Virus record (IMG/VR): IMGVR_UViG_3300020048_000019
Span: 64,001 to 128,000 of that record
Length of the DNA: 64,000 nt
DNA from: a virus
Taxonomy: Duplodnaviria; Heunggongvirae; Uroviricota; Caudoviricetes
Strand: one strand, 5' to 3'
This document shows, piece by piece, positions 9,335 to 19,010 of this stretch (positions are counted from its first letter, which is position 1; the number at the start of each line of letters is the position of its first letter). Made by a program: the position numbers and the translations under genes. Under the pieces are notes generated by a model. It was not told where the DNA came from and did not search any database. It worked only from the letters and a program-made list of their open reading frames with translations.

Positions 9335-12300
9335 TACCAAAATCCTCCTTTAAGTAGATTGCCGTTAGCAAAGTCCTTGAGACTGAACTGTTTGCTGACT
9401 TGGCTGCGTGTTTGTACCGGTACTAGTGTAATATCAATTTCCATCATGGTGGGCACATAGGTACTAAAATCACCAGTGTTGTTAACTCGTCCAGTGACTG
9501 AGTTGCTTTCTGGAGTTTGCGGAGTAGCACCTTTCGTCAACGGACCACTAGCAGTAATGGTATTGGCAAGTCGTCGAGCTCCTGCAAAGTTTATGCCGCC
9601 AGGTGATGCTTGAACTGGCGCACGTCGACTTGATAAATTTCCACCGTAGTCATTGACGTTTGTAGCACGTATATAGTCAACATCATTGGGCAGGGTGTAA
9701 CTAAACTGACTGACCAAACAAGGATGCTTGCTAAACTGATAATCACCTAGGCCGCTTAGATATACCAAGGGAGGAGGTGTTCCACGTTGCGGATCTTTGC
9801 CATAAAACATCTTGGTCACACTTCTAAAAAAGTGGATTGTGGCTAAAAGATAAGCAGCTTCAGTAGTGTCTTGAGCTGTGAATGTACCACGTATTTGTAT
9901 ATCATCAACTCTTGAACTTTTGTAATACACGCCACGGAAGTTGCTGTGTACTAGATCGTAATGCTCGTAATTGGCACGATACGCTGTGCTGATCTGCGGC
10001 ATGTACGGAAATATAACTCCATTGGATGCTGCTAGTGGTCTAAGAATCCCTACGTCTGCAGAGTTATAAAGATAATCTGAACTTTTTGCCAGACTAAGTC
10101 GAACACGCCAGTCAGTATTGCCTGGCTGCTTGTAACGACTCTGAAGTGTGGCTTGGTTAATAGTGTTGGCTTTGGCAGCAGATCGTTCTGCGGCTGCTTG
10201 TCGTTCAAGTAGTTCTTCGTCACTCAGGCCGCCAGGATTTTGTCGTGCCTGCTGTTCTTCATCAGATAGGCCACCAGGAACTCCTGGGTCAGCATTGGGG
10301 TTTACATCTGTGGGGCCTGACAATTGTTCGGGGCCAGTCTCCTCCTCTTCTCGCAGGGCTGGGTCACCCAGTTGCACCAATTCAGGATCTGCATCAGGAT
10401 CCACTGGTTCAGCTAGATCTGTAATTTCGCCATCTTGTAAATCAGGATCTCCCAACTGCTCAGGTTCGTCAGTAGGTGGCTCAGCTAGTTCAGTATACGG
10501 CTCTTCTTCTTCAGGCCCGGCCAGCAGTTCAGGATCAGCATCAGGATCTGGTGGCTCTGCAAGCTCTGTCAACGGCTCGTCTTCTTCGCCAGCTAGCAGC
10601 TCGGGATCTGATTCAGGGTCCACTGGTTCAGCCAAGTCTGTAATTTCTCCTTCGGTACCGGGTGGCTCTTGTAGTTCAGCATCCGCATCAGGGTTAACGT
10701 CCTCGGGGATAACAACGTCTGAAGTGGCTTCAAGTGGTGCAGCTACTGCTGCCTCTGCTGCTGCAAGTTCAAGGTCAACTTCTGCAATTACATCATCGGG
10801 AACAACAACATCAGGATTGTCTACTAGTTCTGCATCTACGTTGGCTTGGGCTGCTGCAAGTTCAGGGTCGTCCTCAACTGCTACTGCCGCATCAAGCGTA
10901 TTACCATTAGCAGAAAATGCCGCAGCATTTTCTACCACGACTTCTTGATTTGTCTGTATAGATTGCTGCTGCTGCTCGGTGTTTGTAGTAGCACTGTCAA
11001 TGTTGGTTTGTGTTTCGTCAATTATTGCTGCGTTTTCTGCAATGCTAGCTTGTTGTGCAGCATTGTTAGCTTCAAGTTCAGCTCGACGATCATCGGGCAA
11101 GTTTTCGTCGGCAAGTTCAGCATTGTTTTGATCAATAATTGCCTGGGCCTGGCGTTGTTGCTCTTGGGCAGAGGCCTGAGCTTCTTCATTGGCCAAAATT
11201 GAACGATTGTTGGCTTGAATATTTTCTTGAGCCCGATCAATCTCAACCTGTGCACCGCTAATATTTTCTAAATTAGTTTTCTCGTCATCAGTGAGATTAG
11301 TATTTTGTGTTTGAATTGCTGCTGCGTCGGCTGCTACTGCGGCTGTGTCAGGGGCAATGACGGGCTGGCCAGTTGTGGTACCTTGATCCGTCACTGCAGG
11401 TTTTGTTGGCGGAGAGAACAAGTTTCCAAGTGCGCCAAGCACGTTATCAATTATTGGAACGCCAGTTTTTATAGTACCAAAGCCAGGAGTAGCGGCTAGA
11501 GGCGAGTCTTGCAATTGCGGGATACCTAGTCTGGCCCGAATATACGGATCTGTAGGGTCAGCACCACCCAGGGCTTCGAGCTGTGCTGGGCTTAATCCAT
11601 AATATGGATCGTTGACACCAACTGCCGCGTCTGCAAGCTCTGACCTAGGCACAGCACTATCAGGGTCAAAAACACTCTCAGCTGGGTCTTGACGTGGATC
11701 AAATACTGACTCTTCAGTTGCTGGACCATTGTATGTTTGTCCTGGATCAAATACATTTTCGCCAACATCTTGACGTGGATCAAATACTGACTCAGACGCA
11801 TTGTTAACGTTACCGGGGTATCCTTGAAAATAGGTTTCGCCTGTTTCATTGTTGACAGCAAATCCATCTTTCAAATTTCCGTCATCGTCGTATGCAGGGA
11901 ACTGGCTAGGATCGCTGGCTGGATTAACTGGTTGATCTCTAGCAGTTTGCGCATTGGCCAGATTAACTGGAGTTCCAACTGCTGCTTGCGCTCCGGTTGT
12001 TGTTCCTTGTTGTGTTACTGTTGGCTTAGTAGGTGGCCCAAAGAAACTACTCAAAGATGATGCAAAGCTGCTGATTGCAGATATTGCTCCGTCAATCAAC
12101 GGAACTCCAGTTGGTTTAAATGCAGCAAAGCCGCCGGGATTTAGTGTTGATCCTGACAGTTGCGGAATCCCTAATCTAGCACGAATATACGGATCAGTAG
12201 GATCAGCGCCACCTAAGGCCTTGAGTTGTGCCGGGCTTAATCCATAATATGGATCGTTAACACCAACTGCTGCGTCTGCAAGCTCTGACCTAGGAACAGC

Positions 12301-13011
12301 GCTATCTGGGTCAAAGACATTTTCGCCAACGTCCTGACGTGGATCAAACACTGACTCTTCAGTTGTTGGACCATTGTATGTGGTGCCTGGATCAAATACA
12401 TTTTCACCCACATCCTGACGTGGATCAAATACTGACTCTTCAGTAGCAGGGCCATTGAACGTAGCACCTGGATCAAATACATTTTCACCTACATCTTGTC
12501 GTGGATCAAATACTGACTCTTGTGTAACAGGGGGCGTAGGGATTTTGTCTAAAATATATCCATTGCCAACAAAAGATTTGGCATAAGACTGTGGGTCAGC
12601 TGAGTAGTCGTCTAGTTCAGCTTGATCTTTAAACAACACAGTACCACCCGGCAAAGATAATGCAAAGCCTGAATTATTAGTAGTGGTAGAGCTACTTGGG
12701 GTAACGTTACCCGGAGGCGCACTGGCTTTTTCTGCATAATCCACTTGCTCAAAGTTAGATGAACTTTGAAGTCCTTGGGTAAATCTATTGCTTGCGGCTG
12801 CATCAGCCGCAGTTATGTTGTCATAGTCTACTCCAGCAACTTTCCCACTGCCAGCAATAGCAGCACCTAATTGGCCGTTACTGCCAAGTGCATAGTTTCC
12901 GGCAGCAGCGTCAGTAATGCCAGATTGAGAAAATGCGGCATCCTCAGACATTCCTGATTGTATCAGTTTGTTATAAGCTTCCGCTTTTTTTGGATCGTAA
13001 GACGTAGGCAT
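9334..13011 (-). CDS. Baseplate-tail tube junction/tube initiator (gp48/gp54-like C-terminal domain) with a ~950-aa acidic repetitive N-terminal extension
   Basis: C-terminal ~260 aa: DWRVRL...VIFPYMPQI...ANYE...VHSN...IQIRGTFTAQ...HFFRSVTKMFYG...PPPLVYLSGLG..QF...P..VSQFSYTLP.DVDY, a tube-protein-like fold; directly upstream of gp53. Confidence 0.65.
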   Translation of the reverse strand: MPTSYDPKKAEAYNKLIQSGMSEDAAFSQSGITDAAAGNYALGSNGQLGAAIAGSGKVAGVDYDNITAADAAASNRFTQGLQSSSNFEQVDYAEKASAPPGNVTPSSSTTTNNSGFALSLPGGTVLFKDQAELDDYSADPQSYAKSFVGNGYILDKIPTPPVTQESVFDPRQDVGENVFDPGATFNGPATEESVFDPRQDVGENVFDPGTTYNGPTTEESVFDPRQDVGENVFDPDSAVPRSELADAAVGVNDPYYGLSPAQLKALGGADPTDPYIRARLGIPQLSGSTLNPGGFAAFKPTGVPLIDGAISAISSFASSLSSFFGPPTKPTVTQQGTTTGAQAAVGTPVNLANAQTARDQPVNPASDPSQFPAYDDDGNLKDGFAVNNETGETYFQGYPGNVNNASESVFDPRQDVGENVFDPGQTYNGPATEESVFDPRQDPAESVFDPDSAVPRSELADAAVGVNDPYYGLSPAQLEALGGADPTDPYIRARLGIPQLQDSPLAATPGFGTIKTGVPIIDNVLGALGNLFSPPTKPAVTDQGTTTGQPVIAPDTAAVAADAAAIQTQNTNLTDDEKTNLENISGAQVEIDRAQENIQANNRSILANEEAQASAQEQQRQAQAIIDQNNAELADENLPDDRRAELEANNAAQQASIAENAAIIDETQTNIDSATTNTEQQQQSIQTNQEVVVENAAAFSANGNTLDAAVAVEDDPELAAAQANVDAELVDNPDVVVPDDVIAEVDLELAAAEAAVAAPLEATSDVVIPEDVNPDADAELQEPPGTEGEITDLAEPVDPESDPELLAGEEDEPLTELAEPPDPDADPELLAGPEEEEPYTELAEPPTDEPEQLGDPDLQDGEITDLAEPVDPDADPELVQLGDPALREEEETGPEQLSGPTDVNPNADPGVPGGLSDEEQQARQNPGGLSDEELLERQAAAERSAAKANTINQATLQSRYKQPGNTDWRVRLSLAKSSDYLYNSADVGILRPLAASNGVIFPYMPQISTAYRANYEHYDLVHSNFRGVYYKSSRVDDIQIRGTFTAQDTTEAAYLLATIHFFRSVTKMFYGKDPQRGTPPPLVYLSGLGDYQFSKHPCLVSQFSYTLPNDVDYIRATNVNDYGGNLSSRRAPVQASPGGINFAGARRLANTITASGPLTKGATPQTPESNSVTGRVNNTGDFSTYVPTMMEIDITLVPVQTRSQVSKQFSLKDFANGNLLKGGFW
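11515..12520 (-). repeat. Intragenic 645-nt-offset block duplication plus 81-nt (27-aa) tandem units
   Basis: TGGATCAAA(T/C)ACTGACTC occurs at 11695, 11776, 12340, 12421 and 12502 (81-nt period). The block SAVPRSELADAAVGVNDPYYGLSPAQL.ALGGADPTDPYIRARLGIPQL occurs twice, 645 nt apart. Confidence 0.9.
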
Positions 13012-13032
13012 GAATCTGTATTCCTTGTAGCT

Positions 13033-13039
13033 TATTTAC
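13033..13039 (-). promoter_or_regulatory. Late promoter (GTAAATA) for the baseplate operon
   Basis: GTAAATA 21 nt upstream of ATG 13011, with an AAGGAA SD between them. Confidence 0.6.
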
Positions 13040-13071
13040 CCAGATTTTTATCAGTATAGTTAATGAAAAGG

Positions 13072-13101
13072 TTGACTTTTGGCTGAACATTTTGTTAAAA
13101 T
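13072..13101 (+). promoter_or_regulatory. Host sigma70-type early/middle promoter for gp55-gp47-gp46
   Basis: TTGACT (13072-77), 18-nt spacer, TG-n-TAAAAT (13093-13101); AGGAG SD follows. Confidence 0.75.
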
Positions 13102-13129
13102 AAGTACACATTAGGAGACCTAGTCTAAC

Positions 13130-14050
13130 ATGACTTTACTACCAAAAGCGACACCGCGTGTCAATTACTTGAACAACAGAGACATCTTGAAAGAGATTCA
13201 CCACAGCAAAAACACATACTGCTGGTACCGAGATCGTGACCTTGATCACCAATACGATATTATTTTGCCCAGTATTGACAAAATCAATCAGCGCACAGTA
13301 GCCGAGGCACGCCGCAATCGTGCTGACCGTATCAAGCGCGAAACTGGCGAGATTGTAGACCCCACAAAAATTCCCAATACAGATGTAGTGTTCCGCATCA
13401 CAGCCTGGGAGCATATTCCCAAGGCACCTAAAAAACTCACCAAAGCAGAACAAAAAAAGCGCAAACTAGAAGACATCCTGGATCTAGATGACGCCACCGA
13501 AGATGATCCACTAGCCGATCTGGTAGATGTGCCAGTGTTGGACATGAACTATGTTAGACTCAACTTCCCACCGTTTGAACACTTCCGCTTGGACGAAAAC
13601 AAAAACACATTCATTGTGGGCCGCAGCCATTGGAAGGGCGACCTGGCCACAGGAGAGTTTTGCAGGGAACACGGCAACATGACACGCAAACTGGCCATGA
13701 TGTTTATGAAACTATGCGAACGGTATGCCACAAGGAGCAACTGGCGTGGGTACACCTACAATGAAGAAATGCGTGGACAAGCTTTGCTACAACTCAGTCA
13801 GATTGGGTTACAATTTGACGAGTCCAAAAGTCAAAATCCGTTTGCTTATTACACTGCTGCTATTACCAACAGCTTTACTCGAATTCTAAATATTGAGAAG
13901 AAAAATCAAAACATCCGTGATGACATTTTGGAAATGAACGGGCTCAACCCTTCGTGGACTCGTCAGAACTCTGGTGCCAAAAGCATGGCTGCTCTGTCCG
14001 GACCGGTTGTGTCTAGCCTGGATGATGTAGTACAATCAGTAGATGAGTAA
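13130..14050 (+). CDS. gp55: Late-transcription sigma factor, T4 gp55-like
   Basis: NYLNNRDILKEI N-terminus and NWRGYTYNEEM...QFDESKSQNPFAYYTAAITNSFTRILNIEKKNQNIRD match gp55; directly precedes gp47 as in T4-like phages. Confidence 0.9.
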   Translation: MTLLPKATPRVNYLNNRDILKEIHHSKNTYCWYRDRDLDHQYDIILPSIDKINQRTVAEARRNRADRIKRETGEIVDPTKIPNTDVVFRITAWEHIPKAPKKLTKAEQKKRKLEDILDLDDATEDDPLADLVDVPVLDMNYVRLNFPPFEHFRLDENKNTFIVGRSHWKGDLATGEFCREHGNMTRKLAMMFMKLCERYATRSNWRGYTYNEEMRGQALLQLSQIGLQFDESKSQNPFAYYTAAITNSFTRILNIEKKNQNIRDDILEMNGLNPSWTRQNSGAKSMAALSGPVVSSLDDVVQSVDE

Positions 14051-15059
14051 TCTATTTAAAAAAGCTGCAATCTTTACCGACATCCACTTTGGACTCAAGT
14101 CAAACAGTTTGCTTCACAACGAAGACTGTTTGGCTTTTGTCAAGTGGGCCACTGCTAAGGCAAAACAAGAAGGTTGCGAAACCTGTTTGTTCCTAGGTGA
14201 CTGGCACAACAACAGATCCAGCTTGAATATTGTTACTCTCAACTATAGTCTACAAGCTCTGGAGCACATGAATGCTAATTTTCAACGTGTGTATTTTATT
14301 CCTGGCAACCACGATCTATATTATCGTGACAAGCGTGATATTCAAAGCGTGGAGTTCGCGAAGCACCTCCCTAATGTGGAAATCTGCAATGATTGGTTTA
14401 GTCACGGTGATGTGGTTATTGCTCCATGGCTATGTGGCGATGATTATCGGCGTATTCCCAAGCTGAGTGGCAAGTACATGTTTGGGCACTTTGAGCTGCC
14501 TGGATATCTGATGAACGCCATGGTTGCCATGCCCGATCATGGTGAAGTACGGCGTGAAGACTTTGTGAACTTTGATCATGTGTATACTGGACATTTCCAC
14601 AAACGACAAACCAAAAAGAACATTACCTACATTGGCAATGCCTTTCCCCACAACTACGCAGATGCCGGCGACGACGATCGTGGCTTGACTATTTTGGAAT
14701 GGGGCAAAGATCCTGTATATCATGCTTGGCCAGATCAGCCTAGGTATCGTGTTTACGGCTTGGCCAACTTGATTGACAATGCGCCCACTTTGTTAACACC
14801 CAAGATGCATGTTCGTGTAAACTTAGACATTGAGATCAGCTACGAAGAAGCCAACTACATCAAAGAAACTTTTGTGGAACAGTACCATCTTCGTGAAATG
14901 AGTTTGATCCCAAACAAAACTTCTGGTGTCGAAGAAGACTTGGCCCCTGGTGAAGTCAAGTTTGAATCAGTTGATCAAATTGTCACTGATCAAATTACCA
15001 ACATTGAGTCTGAGTTTTACGATAACAAATTGTTGCTAAAAATTTATCAAACGTTATGA
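14043..15059 (+). CDS. gp47: Recombination endonuclease subunit gp47 (Mre11/SbcD-like metallophosphoesterase)
   Basis: DIHFG, GDWHNNR, PGNHD, GHFE and GHFH phosphoesterase motifs. Confidence 0.93.
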   Translation: MSNLFKKAAIFTDIHFGLKSNSLLHNEDCLAFVKWATAKAKQEGCETCLFLGDWHNNRSSLNIVTLNYSLQALEHMNANFQRVYFIPGNHDLYYRDKRDIQSVEFAKHLPNVEICNDWFSHGDVVIAPWLCGDDYRRIPKLSGKYMFGHFELPGYLMNAMVAMPDHGEVRREDFVNFDHVYTGHFHKRQTKKNITYIGNAFPHNYADAGDDDRGLTILEWGKDPVYHAWPDQPRYRVYGLANLIDNAPTLLTPKMHVRVNLDIEISYEEANYIKETFVEQYHLREMSLIPNKTSGVEEDLAPGEVKFESVDQIVTDQITNIESEFYDNKLLLKIYQTL

Positions 15060-15511
15060 GTTGGCGTTCTGTACAGCTAGGAGAAGAATTTTGTGATCAA
15101 GACAAACTAATTTTAAGTTTGTTTTCTAACAAAACTGTAAACTATGTAGGCAACGATATTGAGTTCCGGCATCGGTTGTCTCATAGTGCCGATTCAAAAA
15201 ATCTTATTTTAATCTTAAACGCCCCAATTTGGATATCTGGTATCATTGCTAGTTGCAAACAACATTTAACCAAACAAGTAGAAACTTTTTACATAGGTAT
15301 CAATCGGTACTGTGTTCAAGGCAACGACACTAACAAAGCATTGATAGATACTGGAAATCGAGGCAGTGATTTGATACATCTTGTGACAGAAATTGCAGAG
15401 CGCCAAGGATTTTTAGTATCAAAGTCTGGACAGTTTGACAATGATCAAGGCAGGTATTTTAATTTTGTGCAGCCGTTAACATGGGCTTATGGACATAACT
15501 TTACAAACTAA
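15056..15511 (+). CDS. Hypothetical protein (AT-rich insert)
   Basis: 151-aa ORF with an ATGA overlap on the gp47 stop; no family recognised. Confidence 0.6.
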   Translation: MSWRSVQLGEEFCDQDKLILSLFSNKTVNYVGNDIEFRHRLSHSADSKNLILILNAPIWISGIIASCKQHLTKQVETFYIGINRYCVQGNDTNKALIDTGNRGSDLIHLVTEIAERQGFLVSKSGQFDNDQGRYFNFVQPLTWAYGHNFTN

Positions 15512-16058
15512 AGTCAACGATATCAATCGCAGTCAGTTTTACCAACAAGTATACCATCATCAGTCTGATGCTAAACACTCTTTGGTAAATCTAGATATGT
15601 TTACCAACGACTGTATTCTCGTTGATTGTTGCGGTTGGTACTACCGAAGTTTGTTTCCTACTAAAACAATCATATGCTTAGAGACTATAAAAACTGCTCT
15701 CCAATTCAGGCTAGGTAGAAGCAATTTTGACAAACTAATCGACAATCAAAAAGATTCATATATCGGTTGGCCAGAATTAGATGTTGTTAATCCTGTGTTG
15801 ATCTTTGACAGATCCCCAATGTTAAAATATCAAACTGTTAACGATCTAATCAATTTGTTATCTAATGCGGTCAAAAAATACAATGCCAGTCAGTTGATTG
15901 TAAATTTAGATACATTGTTCATTGATGATAACAGACTGCAAGATCGATTTTACAGTCTTGCAGCAATTACTATTCCCAACTTTACAGTTAGCGAAGTTTT
16001 ATACAAAATTGATTCTAGCAAACTATTCATGCAATTTAAACGTAACTATGTTGAGTAA
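15489..16058 (+). CDS. Hypothetical protein (AT-rich insert)
   Basis: 189-aa ORF overlapping both neighbours; no family recognised. Confidence 0.6.
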   Translation: MDITLQTKVNDINRSQFYQQVYHHQSDAKHSLVNLDMFTNDCILVDCCGWYYRSLFPTKTIICLETIKTALQFRLGRSNFDKLIDNQKDSYIGWPELDVVNPVLIFDRSPMLKYQTVNDLINLLSNAVKKYNASQLIVNLDTLFIDDNRLQDRFYSLAAITIPNFTVSEVLYKIDSSKLFMQFKRNYVE

Positions 16059-16932
16059 TAAAATTCCAATAGACTTTGTTGCCGGTAGTCACGGGCATTT
16101 TCTAGAAAATACACTAAACAAACATTTTAACATTGTCAATAACACCAGTGACTTGTTTACAGCTACTGGTACTAGTCATCGAGTAACTCCTAACTACCTG
16201 GCTCAAAGATTATTTTATGCCGAGCATTGGTCAGAAAAATACAAGAATGAGTTGCATAATATTTCTCCAGTTATATCTATTAGATTTGACCTAGACGACT
16301 TGTTGTTACTTTCTTCTGTGAGCTTGTTAAGAGCTGTGGATCTAGGAATCAACAACGATGATCTCGAAATTAACACCGTAGGCAAACTCAACAACGTATT
16401 TTACAAAGACACGTTAGAGTTAATCTTACAATCTTATCCGTTTTTAAATCGTAGTGACAAAAATATTCCTAGATACGTGCTGAGAGAGTTTTACAAATTT
16501 GGATTCCGAGATCCATTACAAAACGGATACTGGAAAAAGTTAAAACAACTAACATATGATAACCAAAGTAGAGTTTTTTACTTCAATCTAAAGGACTTTT
16601 ATGATATTAATTTGTATGTTGCCCGGATCAAAGAGTTGGAAATATTTTTAGATCGACGGTTTGAGTTCTCCAGAGAATTTTATCAACAACATCAAAAGTT
16701 TATTTCGTTTATTCCTTACATTGATCACAAATCACAATGTGACAGCATTGTGTCTTGTGTTCAACAAGAAAAAGAAATTGACATACCAAAACTCACGCTG
16801 TTCCAAGAAAGTTACATCAACAGTAAATTAGAAAACATGTTCAACAAGGAAATGCCGTTTCACCAGGATAGATACTTTACATCTACAAAAGATGTGTTAT
16901 ACTATATTGCTACACATGCACCTAATCTATGA
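16048..16932 (+). CDS. Hypothetical protein, possibly P-loop/sulfotransferase-like fold
   Basis: Likely start ATG 16048 (MLSNKIPIDFVAGSHGHFL). The N-terminal beta-strand plus GSHGHFL loosely resembles sulfotransferase 5'-PSB loops. ATGA overlap with gp46. Confidence 0.45.
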   Translation: MLSNKIPIDFVAGSHGHFLENTLNKHFNIVNNTSDLFTATGTSHRVTPNYLAQRLFYAEHWSEKYKNELHNISPVISIRFDLDDLLLLSSVSLLRAVDLGINNDDLEINTVGKLNNVFYKDTLELILQSYPFLNRSDKNIPRYVLREFYKFGFRDPLQNGYWKKLKQLTYDNQSRVFYFNLKDFYDINLYVARIKELEIFLDRRFEFSREFYQQHQKFISFIPYIDHKSQCDSIVSCVQQEKEIDIPKLTLFQESYINSKLENMFNKEMPFHQDRYFTSTKDVLYYIATHAPNL

Positions 16933-19010
16933 TCCAATTTAAAAATTTAACTGTTAAAAACTTTATGAGTGTAGGTAATGCTACCCAAGGCATTGACTTT
17001 GATCGCAGCGACCTTACACTTGTGCTAGGTGAAAACTTAGATCTAGGTGGTGACGGAAGCCGTAACGGAACAGGCAAGACAACTATCATCAATGCGCTAA
17101 GTTATGCCCTATATGGCAACGCCCTAAGCAACATTCGCAAGGACAATCTTGTGAACAAGACCAATAGCAAAGGTATGTTGGTCAGTTTAGAGTTTGATGT
17201 TAACGGTAAAGACTACAAGATCGAACGTGGTCGTAAACCTAATGTACTAAAGTTCTATGTTAATCACGAAGAACAAGCAGCAACAGATGAAGCACAAGGT
17301 GACAGCCGGGAAACACAAGAAGCAATTGAACGTGTGCTCGGTATGAGTCATGACATGTTCAAACATGTACTGGCGCTAAACACCTACACCGAACCGTTTT
17401 TGAGCTTGAAGGCCAATGAACAACGTGCTATTATTGAGCAGTTGTTGGGAATTACTTTATTGAGTGAACGTGCCGACCGCATCAAAGAACTTAACAAACA
17501 AACCAAAGATGCAATCACTCAAGAAGAGTTCCGCATCCGCGCTGAACAAGAAGCCAACAAACGTATTGAAGAACAGATCGAAAGCCTGCGCCGTAGACAA
17601 ACACTGTGGAAAAACAAGTACGACAGCGACTTGGCCACTTTGGTCACACAGTATGATGACTTGTCAAAGATTGATATTGCTGTGGAATTAGCTGCTCATA
17701 AAGACTTAGGTGCATGGAGTCAGTTGTGCTCACAAAAAGAAACCCGTGACGCCTTGATTGCTAGATCCACTGCATGGCAGCAGCGTCACGATACCGAAGT
17801 TCAAGCTGCCAGCCGTGCATACCTCGACAAGAACCGTATCAGCATTGAAACAGAGTTAGCTAATTGGGCTGCTCTAGCTGCCTACAATCAAAAAGCTCGA
17901 GACATTGCTGAACTAGAAAAACTCATTGCTCGCTGTGTTGCAGACGAATCAAAAGAAGTTAAACTGATTGATAAACTCAAGGCTGAAATTGCCGAGTTGC
18001 AAAATCACAAGTGTTATGCTTGTGGCCAAGACTTTCATGACGATAGCCACGAAGCAGTGTTAGCAGCAAAAGAAAAAGCCTTGCAAGAAGCAGCGCTTCA
18101 AGCCTTGGCTACCAATACTCAATGGATCGAACACACGGATGCTTTGCTAAAGCTAGGCGAGCTTGGTGCCAAGTCCGCAACACATTACAAAACCGAAGCA
18201 GAGGCCATTCGACACAGTAGTGAACTCAACAGTTTGAAGCAGACTCTTGATTTGAAGGAAGCCGAGTCTGACCCTTTTGCCGAACAGTTAGCAGAGCTTG
18301 AAGCTGTTACAGTACCACCTATGCCAGTTACGCACTATGACACCGAATCAGAAGCCATCAAACACTCAAGTCAAGTTGACAACTTGTTAACACAGATCAC
18401 TAACAAGCATGCTGAAACTGATCCTTACGGTGAACAGATCACAGACATGCAACAAAAAGCATTGCAAACTGTCAGTTACGATGCACTCAACGATTTGGTG
18501 CGTGTACAGGATCACCAGGACTTCTTGCTAAAACTGTTGACCAGCAAGGACAGCTTTGTTCGCAAAAAGATCATTGATCAGAACTTGAGTTACTTGAACA
18601 GCAGGCTTACTCACTACTTGGATCGTATTGGTTTGCCACACACTGTGAAGTTCCAAAACGACTTGAGTGTCAGCATTGAAGAGCTGGGTCGTGAACTGGA
18701 CTTTGACAACTTGAGTCGTGGCGAGCGCAATCGACTGATTCTTTCAATGAGTTGGGCATTCCGGGATGTATGGGAATCGCTGTACCACCCCATCAACTTG
18801 CTGTTCATTGACGAACTGATTGACAACGGCTTGGACACACAAGGTGTAGAAAATGCACTTGCTATTCTTAAGAAGATGAGTCGTGAGCGCAACAAGAGTA
18901 TCTGGCTTGTGAGCCATAGAGAAGAACTAGCCGGACGAGTGGAGAACATCCTTAAGGTTGTTAAGGAAAATGGTTTCACGAATTACAATACTGATATAGA
19001 TGTTGCGTAA
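16929..19010 (+). CDS. gp46: Recombination ATPase subunit gp46 (Rad50/SbcC-like)
   Basis: KNFMSVG, Walker A NGTGKTT, zinc hook CYAC (18012-18023), signature LSRGE, Walker B LFIDE, H-loop VSH. Confidence 0.93.
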   Translation: MIQFKNLTVKNFMSVGNATQGIDFDRSDLTLVLGENLDLGGDGSRNGTGKTTIINALSYALYGNALSNIRKDNLVNKTNSKGMLVSLEFDVNGKDYKIERGRKPNVLKFYVNHEEQAATDEAQGDSRETQEAIERVLGMSHDMFKHVLALNTYTEPFLSLKANEQRAIIEQLLGITLLSERADRIKELNKQTKDAITQEEFRIRAEQEANKRIEEQIESLRRRQTLWKNKYDSDLATLVTQYDDLSKIDIAVELAAHKDLGAWSQLCSQKETRDALIARSTAWQQRHDTEVQAASRAYLDKNRISIETELANWAALAAYNQKARDIAELEKLIARCVADESKEVKLIDKLKAEIAELQNHKCYACGQDFHDDSHEAVLAAKEKALQEAALQALATNTQWIEHTDALLKLGELGAKSATHYKTEAEAIRHSSELNSLKQTLDLKEAESDPFAEQLAELEAVTVPPMPVTHYDTESEAIKHSSQVDNLLTQITNKHAETDPYGEQITDMQQKALQTVSYDALNDLVRVQDHQDFLLKLLTSKDSFVRKKIIDQNLSYLNSRLTHYLDRIGLPHTVKFQNDLSVSIEELGRELDFDNLSRGERNRLILSMSWAFRDVWESLYHPINLLFIDELIDNGLDTQGVENALAILKKMSRERNKSIWLVSHREELAGRVENILKVVKENGFTNYNTDIDVA

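Noticed and set aside
10148-10948. 266-aa Ser-rich + strand ORF (likewise 29177-29770 and 5544-6170)
   Set aside because: Antisense shadow of acidic Glu/Asp/Pro-rich coding sequence.
11690-12520. Regularly spaced ~23-nt direct repeats that resemble a CRISPR array
   Set aside because: The 'spacers' are themselves similar, the period is 81 nt (27 codons) in frame inside a CDS, and no cas genes are present.
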